DNA of 64,000 bases from Cetorhinus maximus (GCF_964194155.1 NC_135901.1:25110001-25174000); one strand, 5' to 3'; positions 49,766 to 63,289 are shown, numbered from the stretch's first letter. Notes: generated from the sequence alone by a model not told the origin. A program made the numbers and translations.

Positions 49766-52700
49766 GTACAAAGTAATCCAGAAACCCAGGGTAATGCTCT
49801 GGAGACATGGGCTTGAATCCCGCCATGGCAGATGGTGGAATTTGAATTCAATAGAAATCTGGAATTAAAAGTCCAGTGATGACCATGAAACCATTGTCGA
49901 TTGTTGTAAAAACCCATCTGGTTCACTAATGCCCTTTAGGGAAGGAAATCTGCTGTCCTTACCTGGACTGGCCTACTTGTGACTCCAGACCAACAGCAAT
50001 GTGGTTGACTCTGAAATGCCCCCTGAAATGGCCTAGCCAGCCACTCAGTTGTAACAACCCGCTACAAAGGCACAAAAAAGGAATGAAACCGGACGGACCA
50101 CCCGGCATCGAACTAGGCAACGGAACCGACAATGGCAATAACAGCCCTGTCGACACTGCAAAGTCTTCCTTACTAACATCTGGGGGCTAGTGCTAAAATT
50201 GGGAGAGCTGTCTCACAGATGAGGCAAGCAACAGCCTGACATAGTCATCCTCATACCTTACAGATAATGTCCCAGACTCCACCATCGCCATCCCTGGGTA
50301 TGTCCTGTCCCACCGGCAGGGCAGGCCCAGCAGAGGTGGCAGCACAGTGGTATACAGATGGGACAAAGTTGCCCTGGGAGGTCTCAACATCGACTCCGGA
50401 CCCCATGAAGCCTCATGGCATCAGATCAAACATGGGCAAGGAAACCTCCTGCTGATTACCATGTACCGCCCTCCCACAGCTGATGAATGAGCGCTCCTCC
50501 ATGTTGAACATCACTTGGAGGAAGCACTGATGCTGGCAAGGGCGCAGAAAGTACTCGGGGTGGGGGACTTCAATGTCCATCACCAAGAGTGGCTCGGTAG
50601 CACCAATACTGACCGAGCTGGCCGAGTCAAAAATGACATAGCTGCTAAACTGGGTCTGAAGCAGGTGGTGAGGGAACAAACAAGAGGGAAAAACATACTT
50701 GACCTCATCCTCACCAACCTGCCTGCCACAGATGCATCTGTCCATGACAGTATCGGTAGGAGTGACCACTGCACAGTCGTTGTGGAGATGAAGTCCCACC
50801 TTCACATTGAGGATATCCTCCATCGTATTGTGTGGCAGGACCATCGTGCTAAATGGGATAGATTTCGAACAGATCTAGCAATTTAAGACTGGGCATCCAT
50901 GAGGCACTGTGGACTATCAGCTGCAGCAAAATTGTACTCAAACACAATTTGTAACCTCATGGCCTGGCATATCCCCCACTCTACCATTACCATCAAGCCA
51001 GGAAATCAACCTTGATTCAATGAAGAGTGCAAGGGGGAAGTGCCGGGAGCAAAACCAGGCATACCTAAAAATGAGGTGTCAACCTGGTGAAGCAATAAAA
51101 CAGGACTACTTGCGTGCCAAACAGCACAAGCAGCAAGTGATAGATAGAGCTAAGTGATCCCACAACCAACGGATCAGATCTAAAGTCTGCAGTCCTGCCA
51201 CATCCTGTCGTGAATGGTGGTGGACAATTAAACGACTCACTGGAGGAGGTGGCTCCACAAATATCCCCATCCTCAATGATGGGGGAGCCCAGCACAGCAG
51301 TGCAAAAGATAAGGCTGAAGCATTTGGAACAATCTTCAGCCAGAAGTGCTGAGTGGATGATCCATCTCGGCCTCCTCCGGAGGTTCCCAGCATCACAGAT
51401 GCTAGTCTTCAGCCAATACAATTCACTCCATGTGATATCAAGAAACAGCTGAAGGTACTGGATACTGCAAAGGCTATGGACCCTGACAACATTCCGTCAA
51501 GAGTACTGAAGACTTGTGCTCCAGAACTTGCCACATCTCTAGCCAAACTGTTCCAGTACAGCTACAACACTGGCTTCCACCTGGCCATGTGGAAAATTGC
51601 CCAGGTATGTCCTGTACACAAAAAGCAGGACAAATCCAACCCAGCCAATTACTGCCCCATCAGTCTACTCTCGATCATCAGTAAAGTAATGGAAGGGGTC
51701 ATCAACAGTGCTATCAAGCAGCACTTGCTTAGCAATAACCTGCTCATTGATGCCCAGTTTGGGTTCCGCCAGGGTCACTCAGCTCCTGACCTCATTGCAG
51801 CCTTAGTTCAAACATGGGCATAAGAGCTGAACTCCCAAGGTGAGGTGAGAGTGGCTGCCCTTGACGCCAAGGCAACATTTGACCGAGTGTGGCATTAAGG
51901 GGCCCTAGCAAAACTGGAGTCAATGCGAATCAGGGGGAAAACTCTCCGTTGGTTGGGTCATACCTAGTACAAAGGAAGATGGTTGTGGTTGCTGGAGGTC
52001 AGCCATCTCAGCTCCAGGACATCACTGGAATTTCTCAGGGTAGTGTCCTCGGCCCAAACATCTTCAGCTGCTTCATCAATGACCTTCCTTCCATCATAAG
52101 GTCAGAAGTGGGGATGTTCACTGATGATTGCATAATGTTCAGCACCATTCATGACTCCTCAGATACTGAAGCAGTCCATGTCCAAATTAGCAAGACCTGG
52201 ACAATATCCAGGCTTGGGCAAGCAACATTCGCACCACACAAGTGTCAGGCAATGATCATCTCCAAAAAGAGAGAATCCAACAATCGTCCATTGATGTTCA
52301 ATAGTATTACCATCACTGAATTCCCCACTATCAACATCCTGGGGGTCACTATTGACCAGAAACTGAACTGGACAAGCTGTATAAATACTGTGGTTACAAG
52401 AACAGGTCAGAGGCTAGGAATCGTGCGACGAGTAACTCACCTCCTGACTCCCCAAAGACTGTCCACCAACTGCAAAGCACACGTCAGGAATGTGATGGAA
52501 TACTCCCCACTTACCTGGATGACTGCAGCTCCTACAACACAGAAGAAGCTTGACACCATCCAAGAAAAAGCAGTCCGCTTGATTGGCACCACATCCACAA
52601 ACATTCACTCTCTCCAGCACCGACGCACATTAGCAGCAGTGTGTACCATTTACAAGATGCACTGCAGGAATTCACCAAGGCTCCTTAGACAGCACCTTCC

Positions 52701-53002
52701 AAACCCATGACTACTATCACCTAGAAGGACAAGGGCAGCAGAAAGATGGGAACACCACCACCTGGAAGATCCCCTCCAAGTCACTCACCATCCTGACTTG
52801 GAAATATATCACTGTTCCTTCACTGTCACTGGGTTAATATCCTGGAACTCCCTTCCTAACAGCACTGTGGGTGTACCTACACCACATGAACTGCAGCGGT
52901 TCAAGAAGGCAGCTCACCACCACCTTCTCAAGGACAACTAGGGATGGGCAATAAATGCTGGCCCAGCCAGCGAAGCCTTCATCCAGTGAATGAATAAAAA
53001 TA
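49766..53002 (+). mobile_element. Near full-length single-ORF CR1-group LINE (APE plus RT, decayed) with a tRNA/SINE-derived 5' end
   Basis: TSD AAACAAT (49759-65, 53003-09); APE motifs TNIWGL, PDIVIL, GDFNVH, ILDLILTN, SDH; RT motifs NYCPISLLS, QFGFRQGHS, QGSVLGP, FTDD; SWNSLP; A-rich tail. Confidence 0.92.
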
Positions 53003-55071
53003 AAACAATTCAAGGGCTAACAAAGGAATAACTGGGCAGACAGGGAATGTCACCATTAAAACAAGGATTGTCCCTGGTTTCAATAAATGAACGGCAGAAG
53101 GGTTAGGACAGGTTAGGGAGAAGGTTCATCCTGTCATCATTCAGAACAACACAGGCCATAAAGGAAAACTGATCTAAAAGAGTAGTATGTGTGGAGGTGC
53201 TGTGCTGAATAAAGTGAAAGGGGTCAGATGTTTGCTACATCGGACAATCATGTGAAATCTAGATCTCAGGTGCGAATATGGATTGATGTTGGGTGGGAAT
53301 TTCTGGTATTACTCCAGGAAGCCTTAAAATTAGACTGACAGTATTTCAGAACTGATCCTGTAATAGCAGCAATGCCATTTTTATCTGTACGTAAGACAAT
53401 TGGAACTGTTGATGGGGCCATAGACATGTTGGAGGATGATGTGCACAAGGAATTTGTGAACTACCTGAGAATAATAGTGAGGGGGAAGGAAGGGATCTGG
53501 AAAGCAGCAGACACTTCATGTTATTACTAAGGAAATGGGACCCTGCTTTATAGATTTCAGGTTTTACGCAGCACTCACACACTCAAACTTGCAGACATAC
53601 ATGGGGACACTACCATTCTGAACAGGAGGACAACATTTTGAATCAAATCCACCAACCTGACTAATACTGGGAATAAGGGCCACAATGTTTCAGAAATTCA
53701 AATAAACATTCCCCCGTAGAGACTGTGAGAAGTTACCACCATCCTGTTCCACCCCTTTCTCTGAACCTTAAATTCATATTGAACACCTGGGACAGAAGCA
53801 ACAACAGAGCGTAAACAATGCGCAGTCTATTGCTGCACTGGGGAATCAGCCCCTATGGGAGATCATGTAAAAAACAGTTAACATCCCATGTTAATTACAG
53901 CTAATACTATCCTCTTGGTATTACAGATGATGCTAATTCCCTTTATATTGATTATCTCGGTGAAGGTCAGGCCACATAACAGAATGGATGGAAAGATGGC
54001 TACAAACTCACTGTAAATCTGACCCTCTGATTTCTGTTTTGTCGCCATCTTTCTATCCATTCTGCTGCCTGGCCCTTCAATCCACACAGGCTGGTCTTGG
54101 TCACCTTGTAGATTGTGCACACTGTTATGGATAACAAACTGGTTACAAAACAGAAAACAGAGAGAAAAGTTAAAGATTTACTATTCAGACTGGCAACATG
54201 TGGGAAGTGGTCAGAACTCCACTTTTAAAATTCGGGAGCAGAATTACAATGAATCACAGATAAGGGTTCTCAATTAACAAAACTTTATAGCACTGCTCAT
54301 TAAATCTTGAATTCAATAGTAGGCTGAACAATGACATGAGGGAGTAATTAAGTGATATATTAATTAATTTATTCATTAGCAAATTGGGAGGTACTGTTAA
54401 TACTGAGGAAGACTGCAACTAAACACTGGGATCTAACACACAAACATCAATAAAGTAAGAAATTTCTGGAAACATGCTGCAGGCCCTTCTTTATGTAGAG
54501 ACAAAATGATTGTTATATAATGGTCCAAATGGTCCAAGCAGTCAAAGGGATCCTGTGAACTCCTCCATGTGTATTTTACTACCCTGTGACTAGGAGCTTT
54601 GAAACTGGATGGTTACATAACAGTAATCAGGGATTTAGGTTTACAGGGAGTTTGTATTTTTCCATCCATTTTTCTACGTGGTCTTGGACTCCACACAGCC
54701 TGACCTTGGTCATCTTTAGATTGTATGTACTGCACAGAAGTGGCTGGGACACATTTCTTACACGCCTCCAGATTAATCCACATGGGGGCTTTGCTGTCAG
54801 TGAAGAGAGACGAGGAAGACTGAAGTGCCAATTGTCCCTGTCACTGTGACCCTAAAGGACTCTGTCCAGGCTGAAGTTCTGTTCCTGCCGTTTGATCCTA
54901 CCCCAGGTTGTCCTTTCTGAACTCCATCCAGGTGATGTTAAACACTCGGGTGGGAACGACAGAGATCTACAACAATATATTTGACATTTAGCCAGAATAT
55001 TAAAGAGCAGCCCGTTTTTATGATTTATTAAGATCAGCAGAAACAAACCCCAATTGTCAGCATGAAAGAAT

Positions 55072-55800
55072 TCAGTCCTGAACATGGTTAACACCAACAG
55101 TTACCCCAGAGTCTAACCCCTGCAGACACCTTTGAACTTCTTCATGTCAGTCAGGACCATGACTGAGTGAATCTATTCCCACACACAAAGCAATTGAACG
55201 GCCTTCCGCCAGCGTGAGCTCGTTGGTGTGTCAGCCAGGGTCATAACTGAGTGAATCCCTTCCCACACACGGAGCAGGTGAACATCCTCTCCTCAGTGTG
55301 AATTCACTGGTGTGTCAATAGTTTGGATGGTTGATTAAATCCCTTGCCACAGATAAAGCAGGTGTATGGACTCTCTCCAGAGAGAATGCATTGGTATTTC
55401 AGAAGCTTTGATAGTCGATTACATCCTGTCCCACCCATGGGGCAGATAAATTGTCTCTTCCTAAAATAAATGAGCTGGTGTGTCAGCAGGGAGGATAACT
55501 GAGTAAATCCCTCCCCACACATGGAGCAAATGAATGGCCTCTCTCCACTGTGAGCTTGCTGGTGCCTCAGAAAATTCGATGAAGGACTGAGTGCCTTGCC
55601 ACACACGGAGCAGACAACTGAACTCTGCTCAGTGTGAATGTGCTGGTGTCTCAGAAGTTTGGATGAATGAGTTAACCTCTTCCCACACACGGAGCAGGTG
55701 AACGGCCTCTCCCCAGTGTGACTGTGTTGATGAATTTCCAGTTCTGATGGGGAACCAAATCCCTTCCCACAGTCCCACATTTCCACGGTTTCTCCGTGGT
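55072..55800 (-). pseudogene. Decayed C2H2 ZNF (about 8 fingers); 5' leader split by CR1, acceptor at about 57402
   Basis: ORF 55304..55786; HQ* stop at 55304; frameshifts; C-terminal LQGLDSGVTVGVNHVQD*. Confidence 0.82.
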
Positions 55801-55990
55801 GCCAGTATCCCTATGTCTCTCCAGGTTGGATGACACAGTTTCTCCCCACTGTGAGTGGTGTGATATTTTTTTCAGATTGTGCAATTGCTTAAAACATTTC
55901 TCCTTCTATATTAAAGGTTCAATGATATCCAGCTCTTGATGTATTGAGTGATTCTGTCTGATTATGATGCGATGTTTCGTTTAAGTTTCG

Positions 55991-57375
55991 AACATGTGAA
56001 ATAGGAGCAGAAGTAGGCTATTCAGCCCGTCGATCCTTCATTCAATAAGATCATTACTGATTTGTTTGTGTTTTGAATTCCACATTACCATCTACCCTGA
56101 TAACGTTTGATTCCCTTGCCCAACAAACATTACCTACCTCTGCCTTAAAAATATTCAATGACCCCGCCTCCACTGCCTTCAGAAGCAGAGAGTTCCAAAG
56201 TTGCACAACCCTCTGAGAGAAAAAAATCTCCCCTAAAAGAGAAACCTCTAATTTTACTACATCCACCTTGTCGATGCCATTTAGGATATTATATACTGCA
56301 ATCAAGTCACCCCTCACTCTTCTAAACTCCAATGGAAACAAGTCCAGTCTGTCTAACCTTTCCTCATAAGACAAACCCACTTATTCCAACTAACAATCTA
56401 GTAAATCTTCTCTGAACCACCTCCAACACATTTACGTTCTTCCTTAAATAAGGAGACCAAAACTGCACAAAATATTCGAGATGTGGCCTCACCAATGCCC
56501 TGCATAACGGAAGCATAACATCTTTACTTTAATGCTCTATTCCTCTCGTAATGAAGGACAGTATTCCATTCGCCTTCTTAATTACTTGCTGTAACTGCAT
56601 ACTAACTTTTTGTGACTCATGCACAAGAACATCTAGATCCCTTGAACCTCACAATTCTGCAGCCATTCTCTGTTTAAGTAATACTCTGCTTTTTTATTCT
56701 TCCTGCCAAAATGAACAACTTCAAATTTTCCCAGATTAAACTCCATCTGCCAGTTTTTTGCCCACTCACTCAACCTATCTATATCCACCTGCAACCTCCT
56801 TATGCCCTCTTCACAGCATACTTTTCTATCTATCTTTGTGTCATCTGAACATTTAGCTACCATGCCTTCACTCCCCTCAGCTAAGCCATTGATATAAATT
56901 GTACAAAGATCAGCCCCAGCACAGACCCCTGCAGGACTCCACACATCACATTCTGCCAATCAGAAAAAGACCCATTTATGCATACTCTCTGTATTCTGCC
57001 AGCCAGCCAATCCTTTATCTACCCTGATATGTTAATCCCTACACCAAGAGCTTTTATTTCCCAAAATAACCTTTGATGTGGCACCTTATCAAACGCCTTC
57101 TGGAAATCCAAGCACAGTACATCTACAGGCTCCCCATTATCCACAGTGCATTTAACTCCTTCAAAGAACTCCAATAAATTGGTTAAACATGATTTCCCTT
57201 TCACAAAATCATGCTGACTGTTCGTGATTACCTTGAGTTTCTCTAAGTGGTCAGCTATAACTTCCTTAATGATCGATTCTAACACATCCCCCATGACAGA
57301 TGTCAAGCTAACTGCTGACTGTTTTCTGCCTCCCTCCCTTCTTGAGTAGAGGGGTTATATTTGCTACTTTCCCGT
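55991..57375 (-). mobile_element. CR1 LINE RT to 3' end
   Basis: SQHDFVKGKSCLTNLLEFFE..LDFQKAFDKVPH; KCSDDTK; GLSYEERLDRL. Confidence 0.92.
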
Positions 57376-57477
57376 CAGCAAGTCCTCCCATTCAAATACC
57401 CTATAAAAGGAGTTCACAAAAGTTAGCACAGGATAAAAATTCGGAACAGAATAACTCTAGTTTACTTCCTTTTTAAT

Positions 57478-58045
57478 ACTTTGTTCATGGGATGTGGACA
57501 TCACTGGCAGGACCAGTATTTATTGTCCATCCCTAATTGCTCTTGGAAGATCGTGGTGAGCCACCTTTTTGAACTGCTGTAGTACGTATGGTGTAGATGC
57601 TGTTAGGAGGGGAGTTCCAAGATTCTGACACAGCAATGGTGCAGGGATGCCAATATATTTCCAAGTCTGACTTATGGCAGAAGAAAGGTTATTGATGAAG
57701 CAGCTGAAGATGGTTGGGTCGAGGTTACCAACCTGAGGAACTCCTGCTGCGATGTATTGGGACTGAGATGCTTGACCTCCAACAACCATCATCTGTCTTT
57801 GTGCTAGACATGATTCCAGGCAAATGTTTCCACTCTGATTCCCATTGAATTGAATTTTACAGGGGCTCCATAATGCAAAACTCAGTCAAATGCTGCTGTG
57901 ACGTTAAGGACATTCACTCTCTCCTCACCCCCCAGAATTCAGCTCTTTTGTCCATGTCTGGAATAAGGCTTCAATAAGATCTGGAGCCGTGTGGCTCTGG
58001 TGGAGCCCAAACTGAGCATCATTGAGCATGTTTTTTGGTGAGTAA
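57478..58045 (-). mobile_element. Deleted copy of the tRNA-headed LINE family (RT piece joined to tail)
   Basis: MVVGGQ.SQ..IAAGVPQ...PTIFSCFINNL joined to QQFKKVAHH; tail GCAATTAGGGATGGACAATAAAT. Confidence 0.8.
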
Positions 58046-59308
58046 GAAACCAGAATTGGAGGAACATCGGGTTCATGAAATCAGCGAATGATACAATTCA
58101 GGAGGCCATTCAGCCCATCATGCCCATGCTAGTCCACTTTCCTGCCCTTTCCCCGTATACATGTATTCTTTTTACAATTCAACGATTTATGACTTTATTG
58201 AAAGTTACTACTATTGTCAATGTACATGTGAAAACTAACACGGTGCTTTTGGATGATGTCACCGAGTGGCAGCATGTAGATGAGAAATAGGAGGGACCAA
58301 GGATAGATTCTTGGGGGACACCAAATTCAAGGACTTTGGAGAGGAAAGGGAGGTTGGAGATGGGTGGTAATTTGGAAGGATGGTGATATAAAGGGTTCTT
58401 TTTTAGGATGGATGATAACAGTGGATTTAAAGTGAGAGGTACAGTACAAAGAGAGAGAGAGAACTGTTAACAATATCAGCTAAAATGTGGAAGTTGATGG
58501 TGAGCCGTTTAGTGAGAATTGAGTGAAGGGAACAGAAGGCAGATCTCATGAACAAGATGAGCTCTGGGGGAGATGGAAGACAGGAGAGAAACTGGGAAAG
58601 ATGTGAGTTCAGAGCTCAGAGAAGGATGTTAGGAAATAGAGATAGTTTAAGTGAGTTACATTTGTATTTTTTGAGTGTCAGGAATGAAATTTAACTTTAA
58701 TCTTTAAGTTTAATTTGTATTTCTGTATGTGTGTGTTAAGAAAGGTCAAATTTTACTTTAAAAAGTTTCCTGCTTTACTAATGAGTTTTATGACTCCTAA
58801 AGAGATGGTAAACAAACAAGGGTGGGAGAATTGGACTGTTGCCTAGCAACATGGGTCCAGAGACGCAGTTCCCTCCCACAGACACACAGAAAAGCCAGAA
58901 ACAGCAATTTTTTTTGGAAGCTGTTGGAGTTCAGCTGGTTTGAAAGATAGCTGCCAAACAGAAGCCACCTAAAGGGGGACAGACAACTAGTCCCAAGCTA
59001 AAGAAGAACCCCGAAATTCCAGAGGAGTGGAAGAGGGGAAAGTCCAAAGAAGGACACCTTGTCAACGGAAGGATGGGATCCTGGCAAAGGTCCTGTTAAG
59101 TGAAGTTAAGAGCAAGGAGCAGAGAGAAAGGCTCCAAATTTCAGATTTAAGGAGACAAAAGGGTCAGAAAGGAGATTTAAAGTGAGAACATCTTGCAACA
59201 GGTGAAAAGGTCCAAAGAGGCAGCTGAAAGTCTGTAACTCTTTGCTATGGGCATGTGAGGCAGTGGTACTTTTAACAGCTGAGACAGTGAGACAGAGTGC
59301 ATGGAAGA

Positions 59309-59943
59309 CCATAAGACATAGGAGCAGAAATTAGGCCATTCGGCCCATCGAGTCTGCTCCGCCATTCAATCATGGCTGATAAGTTTCTCAACCCCATTCT
59401 CCCGCCCTCGCCCCGTAACCTTTGATCCCCTTACCAATCAAGAACCTATCTATCTCGGTCTTAAATACACTCAATGACCTGGCCACCACAGCCTTCTGTG
59501 GCAATGAATTCCATAGATTCACCAATCTCTGGCTAAAGAAGTTTCTCCTCATCTCTGTTCTAAAAGGTCTTCCCTTTGCTCTGAGGCTGTGCCCTCGGGT
59601 CCTAGTCTCTCCTACTAATGGAAACATCTTCCCCACGTCCACTCTATCCAGGCCTTTCAGTATTCTGTAAGTTTCAATCAAATCCCCCTTCATTCTTCTA
59701 AACTCCATCGAGTATAGACCCAGAGTCCTCAAACATTCCTCATATGTTAAGCCTTTCATTCCTGGGATCGTTCTCGTGAACCTCCTCTGTACCCTCTCCA
59801 GGGCCAGAACATCCTTCCTGAGGTATGGGGCCCAAAATTGCTCACAATATTCTAAATGTGGTCTGACCAGAGCCTTATAAAGCCTCAGCAGCACATCCCT
59901 GCTTTTATATTCTAGTCCTCTCGAAATTAATTGACAAAAATAA
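59309..59943 (-). mobile_element. Young CR1 3' fragment
   Basis: Open ORF 59388..59990; TSD ATGGAAGA (59301-08, 59944-51). Confidence 0.93.
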
Positions 59944-60303
59944 ATGGAAGAGAACTTGAATGTATGTGGTGACCCAGGGGAGAGGAACATCAGAAGGAGA
60001 GTTCAAATCCCTGGAGGTGAGCCCTTGTGGAAGGCATCTGACAGAAAGCGTCAGTGTGGGAGAAGATTCCAAGGTGATCTCTTGGAAAGCGGAGATTGGA
60101 GCCCTTCGTGTGAAAGACAGAGTTCAGTGAGACTGGTTGGCTCAAGTTGTGACGAGTCTCTGGGGGGAGCTGAGGAGAGGTCCAAAGCATCTGGTTTAGG
60201 TGGCATCTGTCACTTGGTTTCAGAGCGTGGTGTGTCTGACCACAGGGTGCCTATTGGTTTACTTGGACTGTGTACTTACTGTGGACATTAGAGTATAAGA
60301 TAG

Positions 60304-60429
60304 AAACAAAGAACTGCTGATGCTGGAAATCCAAAACAAAAACAAAAATACCTGGAAAAACTCAGCAGGTCTGGCAGCATCGGCGGAGAAGAGCACAGTT
60401 GACGTTTCGAGTCCTCATGACCCTTCATT
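60304..60429 (-). mobile_element. 126-bp Penelope-derived insertion with hammerhead motif
   Basis: 19-bp TSD ACATTAGAGTATAAGATAG (60285-60303, 60430-60448); minus strand ATGA A GGGTC ATGAG GACTC GAAAC GTC AACT. Confidence 0.88.
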
Positions 60430-61073
60430 ACATTAGAGTATAAGATAGCTTTTGTAACCTGTGTTAGCCTTACAAATCTGTATATTTCTGTAAAGGTATA
60501 GTTGTGTGTGAAGGAGTATTGTAACATAGTTCATCTTTTCTTGTTGAATAAATGTTTTATTCTTTTGTTAAAAGTTCATCAGCTGACCCGTGTCTCAGTT
60601 CAGTAACTACTCTCCACGTATCTAAACAAACAAATAAAAGTTAGGATCTATCAATCTGGGTTCCACTCTGGGATCAGGTTTGTCCAAGGGTAAGCTCAGC
60701 GGGGATCATAACAAGGGTGAACTTTAGAGGCAGTTTAGTCCGGTGGGCCAGTGGGAGGGAAACAGCAGAGGCAGCTAATCAGATTGTTTCAATCTTAGTG
60801 ACAAAGAAGCTTCATGAGCTCCTCACACTTGTTGTTGGAGATGAGGATGGAGGAGACAGGGGGAAGTGCACTTGAAAGGGAACTAACTTTTGTCAGAGAT
60901 ATTAAAAAGACTTGACACAGTATGTTTAACACAAAGCCAATTTATTTGACTTTTATCTCAATTATTAGTTCACATAACTGGTTTGAAGTTGATTAACATC
61001 AGCAGAAGCAGACCCCAATGTACATGGATCAGTCGTGGATGTGATTGACATAAAAATCCAATCACTGCAGTTA

Positions 61074-61166
<93 letters not shown>

Positions 61167-61418
61167 TCACTGGTGTGTCAGCAGGATGGATGACTGAGTG
61201 AATCCCTTCCCACAGTCAGAACAGGTGAATGGCCTCTCTCCAGTGTGAACTCGATGGTGTACACTGAGTTGGGTTGACTGCCTGAAACTCTTTCCGAAGC
61301 AAGTGCAAATAAATGGCTTCTCCTCAGTGTGAATTTTCAGGTGTTGCATCAGCTCAGTGGACCCAATGAATCCCTTCTTACACAGGGTGCAGGGAAATGG
61401 CCTCTCCCCATTGCGAAC

Positions 61419-62360
61419 TCACTGGGGTGCAGTGAGTTGTTCTGATCCCCTGAACCCAGTCCCGCTGTTAGAGCACCTGAATGGTGTCTCATCAGTGTGA
61501 ACACGTTGATGGCGCATTAATTCCCCAGAGCCCTTATAGCACTTCCCACAGTCTGGACATTTAAAAGGTCTCTCATCAGTGTGAGCACGTTGATGGGACA
61601 TCAGTTCCCGTGAACTTTTATAGCACTTCCTGCAGTCTGGACATTTAAATGGTCTCTCATTAGTGTGGACACTCTGGTGCTTCAGCAGGGTGGATAACTG
61701 TGTGAATCCCTTCCCACACTCAGAGCAGGTGAACGGCCTCTTCCCAGTGTGAACTCGCTGGTGTGTCAACAGCGCAGATGACTGAGTGAATCCCTTCCCA
61801 CACTCATAGCAGGTGAACGGCCTCTCCCCAGTGTGAGTACGCTGATGCACAATGAGTTCGTCTGATCGCCTGAACCCAGTTCCACAGTGAGAGCACCTAA
61901 ATGGTCTCTCATCAGTGTGAACACGTTGATGGCGCATCAGGTCCAGGGAACTTTTATAGCACTTCCTGCACTCTGGGCATTTAAAAGGTCTCGCCCCAGA
62001 ATGAACTTGCTGGTGTTTCAGCAGGTCGGATGACTGAGCGAATCCTTTTCCACACTGGGAGCAGGTGAATGGCCTCTCCCCAGTGTGAACTCGCTGGTGT
62101 GTCAGCAAGTGGGATAACTGAGTGAATCCCTTCTCACATTCGGGGCAGGTGAATGGCCTCTCCCCAGTGTGAACTCGCTGGTGTTGCAGCAGGTTGGATG
62201 ACCTAGTGAATCCCTTCCCACACTCAGAGCAGGTGAACGGTCTCTCCCCAGTGTGACTGCGCCGATGAGTTTCCAGCTCAGACGGGGATCTGAAACCCCC
62301 GTTACAGTCTCCACATTTCCACGGCTTCTCTTCACTATGAACCGTGCTTTTTCCTTCCAT
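61419..62360 (-). CDS. C2H2 zinc-finger protein (MEGK subfamily), 10 intact fingers, ending at a premature TGA; about 4 further decayed fingers extend to 61071
   Basis: ATG at 62360; open frame to 61419; fingers continue in ORF 61167..61349; acceptor at about 62470. Confidence 0.75.
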   Translation of the reverse strand: MEGKSTVHSEEKPWKCGDCNGGFRSPSELETHRRSHTGERPFTCSECGKGFTRSSNLLQHQRVHTGERPFTCPECEKGFTQLSHLLTHQRVHTGERPFTCSQCGKGFAQSSDLLKHQQVHSGARPFKCPECRKCYKSSLDLMRHQRVHTDERPFRCSHCGTGFRRSDELIVHQRTHTGERPFTCYECGKGFTQSSALLTHQRVHTGKRPFTCSECGKGFTQLSTLLKHQSVHTNERPFKCPDCRKCYKSSRELMSHQRAHTDERPFKCPDCGKCYKGSGELMRHQRVHTDETPFRCSNSGTGFRGSEQLTAPQ

Positions 62361-62539
62361 GTTCAAAATCCGATGATTTTCAGATTATGATAAATTGGGT
62401 GACTCTGTCAGATCTGGATGTGACATCTGGTTGGAATTTCGCGACCGCAAATCTTCCCCATCTGATACCCTGTGTAATTGATTGAAAACAGAAAAAAAGG
62501 AGTGAGAAAGAACTCACATTGCCGAGCTAAACCATTCTC

Positions 62540-63070
62540 CTCTGAAGATGATGGCCGTGCATGCGCCCTGAGGCTGTTGCCCCCTCAAGGGCAACTAGGG
62601 ATGGGCAATAAATGATGACCCAGCCAGCGAAGCCCACATTCTGTGAATGAACAAAGATGGCGACCGCGCGGTCCATTGCCCCCAACAAAGATGGCAGCAG
62701 CGCTGAAACATTGCCTTCCGAAAATGGCGGTCGCACATGCGCCCTCCTGCCCATTGTCCCTAATAAAGATAGCGGCCGTGCTGGCCATGACCTCCGAGGA
62801 TAGAGGCTGCAAAATCGATCCTAACGCGAGACCGCGAGCTTCTTATTTGCGGCTTAAGTCTAACAGCCAGTGTTTATGAAACCTCCTCTTCCTACACCGG
62901 GTGCTTATGAAACGTCCCTTCTCCATCGCCCGCTCCATTCGACCTCACTCACCCGCTGCCTCCAATCAGTTCCTGCTCTCCCTGCGGCTCCAACACCAAC
63001 CCGTCCGACAACACCCATCTGCGCATGCTCCAATCAGAGCGCCATTGCGCCTGCGCAATAAGCTAATGTT
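62540..63070 (-). promoter_or_regulatory. CpG-rich ZNF promoter with clustered YY1-like and NRF1-like sites; LINE tail inserted at 62586-62652
   Basis: AAGATGGCG, AAGATGGCA, AAAATGGCGG, AAGATAGCGG; GCATGCGC, TGCGCATGCTC, TGCGCCTGCGCA; CCAATCAG twice. Confidence 0.7.
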
Positions 63071-63289
63071 ATGCAGATAGGACATATTCTGCCGCTCCGT
63101 GAATCCTGGGTAACCGCAACGCCATTGACAACCGATATTGTTAAATAAAAAATCATATTTTGTGGTCCGATTACGATTTGAATACTAGATATTAAATGAT
63201 TAGGTCAGATGATATAGCATCCAAGTTCGTGGGACCTGCTCCATCGTTCTGTATTTGATTAAAACCAATAAAAACAAATGTCAAATGTG

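Larger units (their letters stand above)
58627..60713 (+). mobile_element. Solo LTR, related to 31878-32778, with nested CR1 and Penelope insertions
   Basis: TGTTA...TAACA termini; imperfect TSD AGGA/AGGG; 3' part TTTTCTTGTTGAATAAATGTTTTATTCTTTTGTTAAAAGTT matches about 32610-32650. Confidence 0.82.
58230..60860 (-). mobile_element. L2 fragment (58230-58626 and 60714-60860) split by a solo LTR
   Basis: Reverse complement GVPQESILGP and YMLP-like RT motifs; TCAATCTTAGTGACAAAGAAG..GAGCTCCTCACACTTGTTGTTGG. Confidence 0.7.

Noticed and set aside
53240-55000. Several 60-90 aa ORFs in unique-looking sequence
   Set aside because: No homology or coding pattern was recognised.
55072-55128. Selenocysteine reading of the conserved UGA (TGT in this paralogue; TGA at a Cys position in the leaders)
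   Set aside because: Other paralogues have TTA or TAA at these sites and I could not identify a SECIS by eye; a SECIS search would be needed to reopen this.
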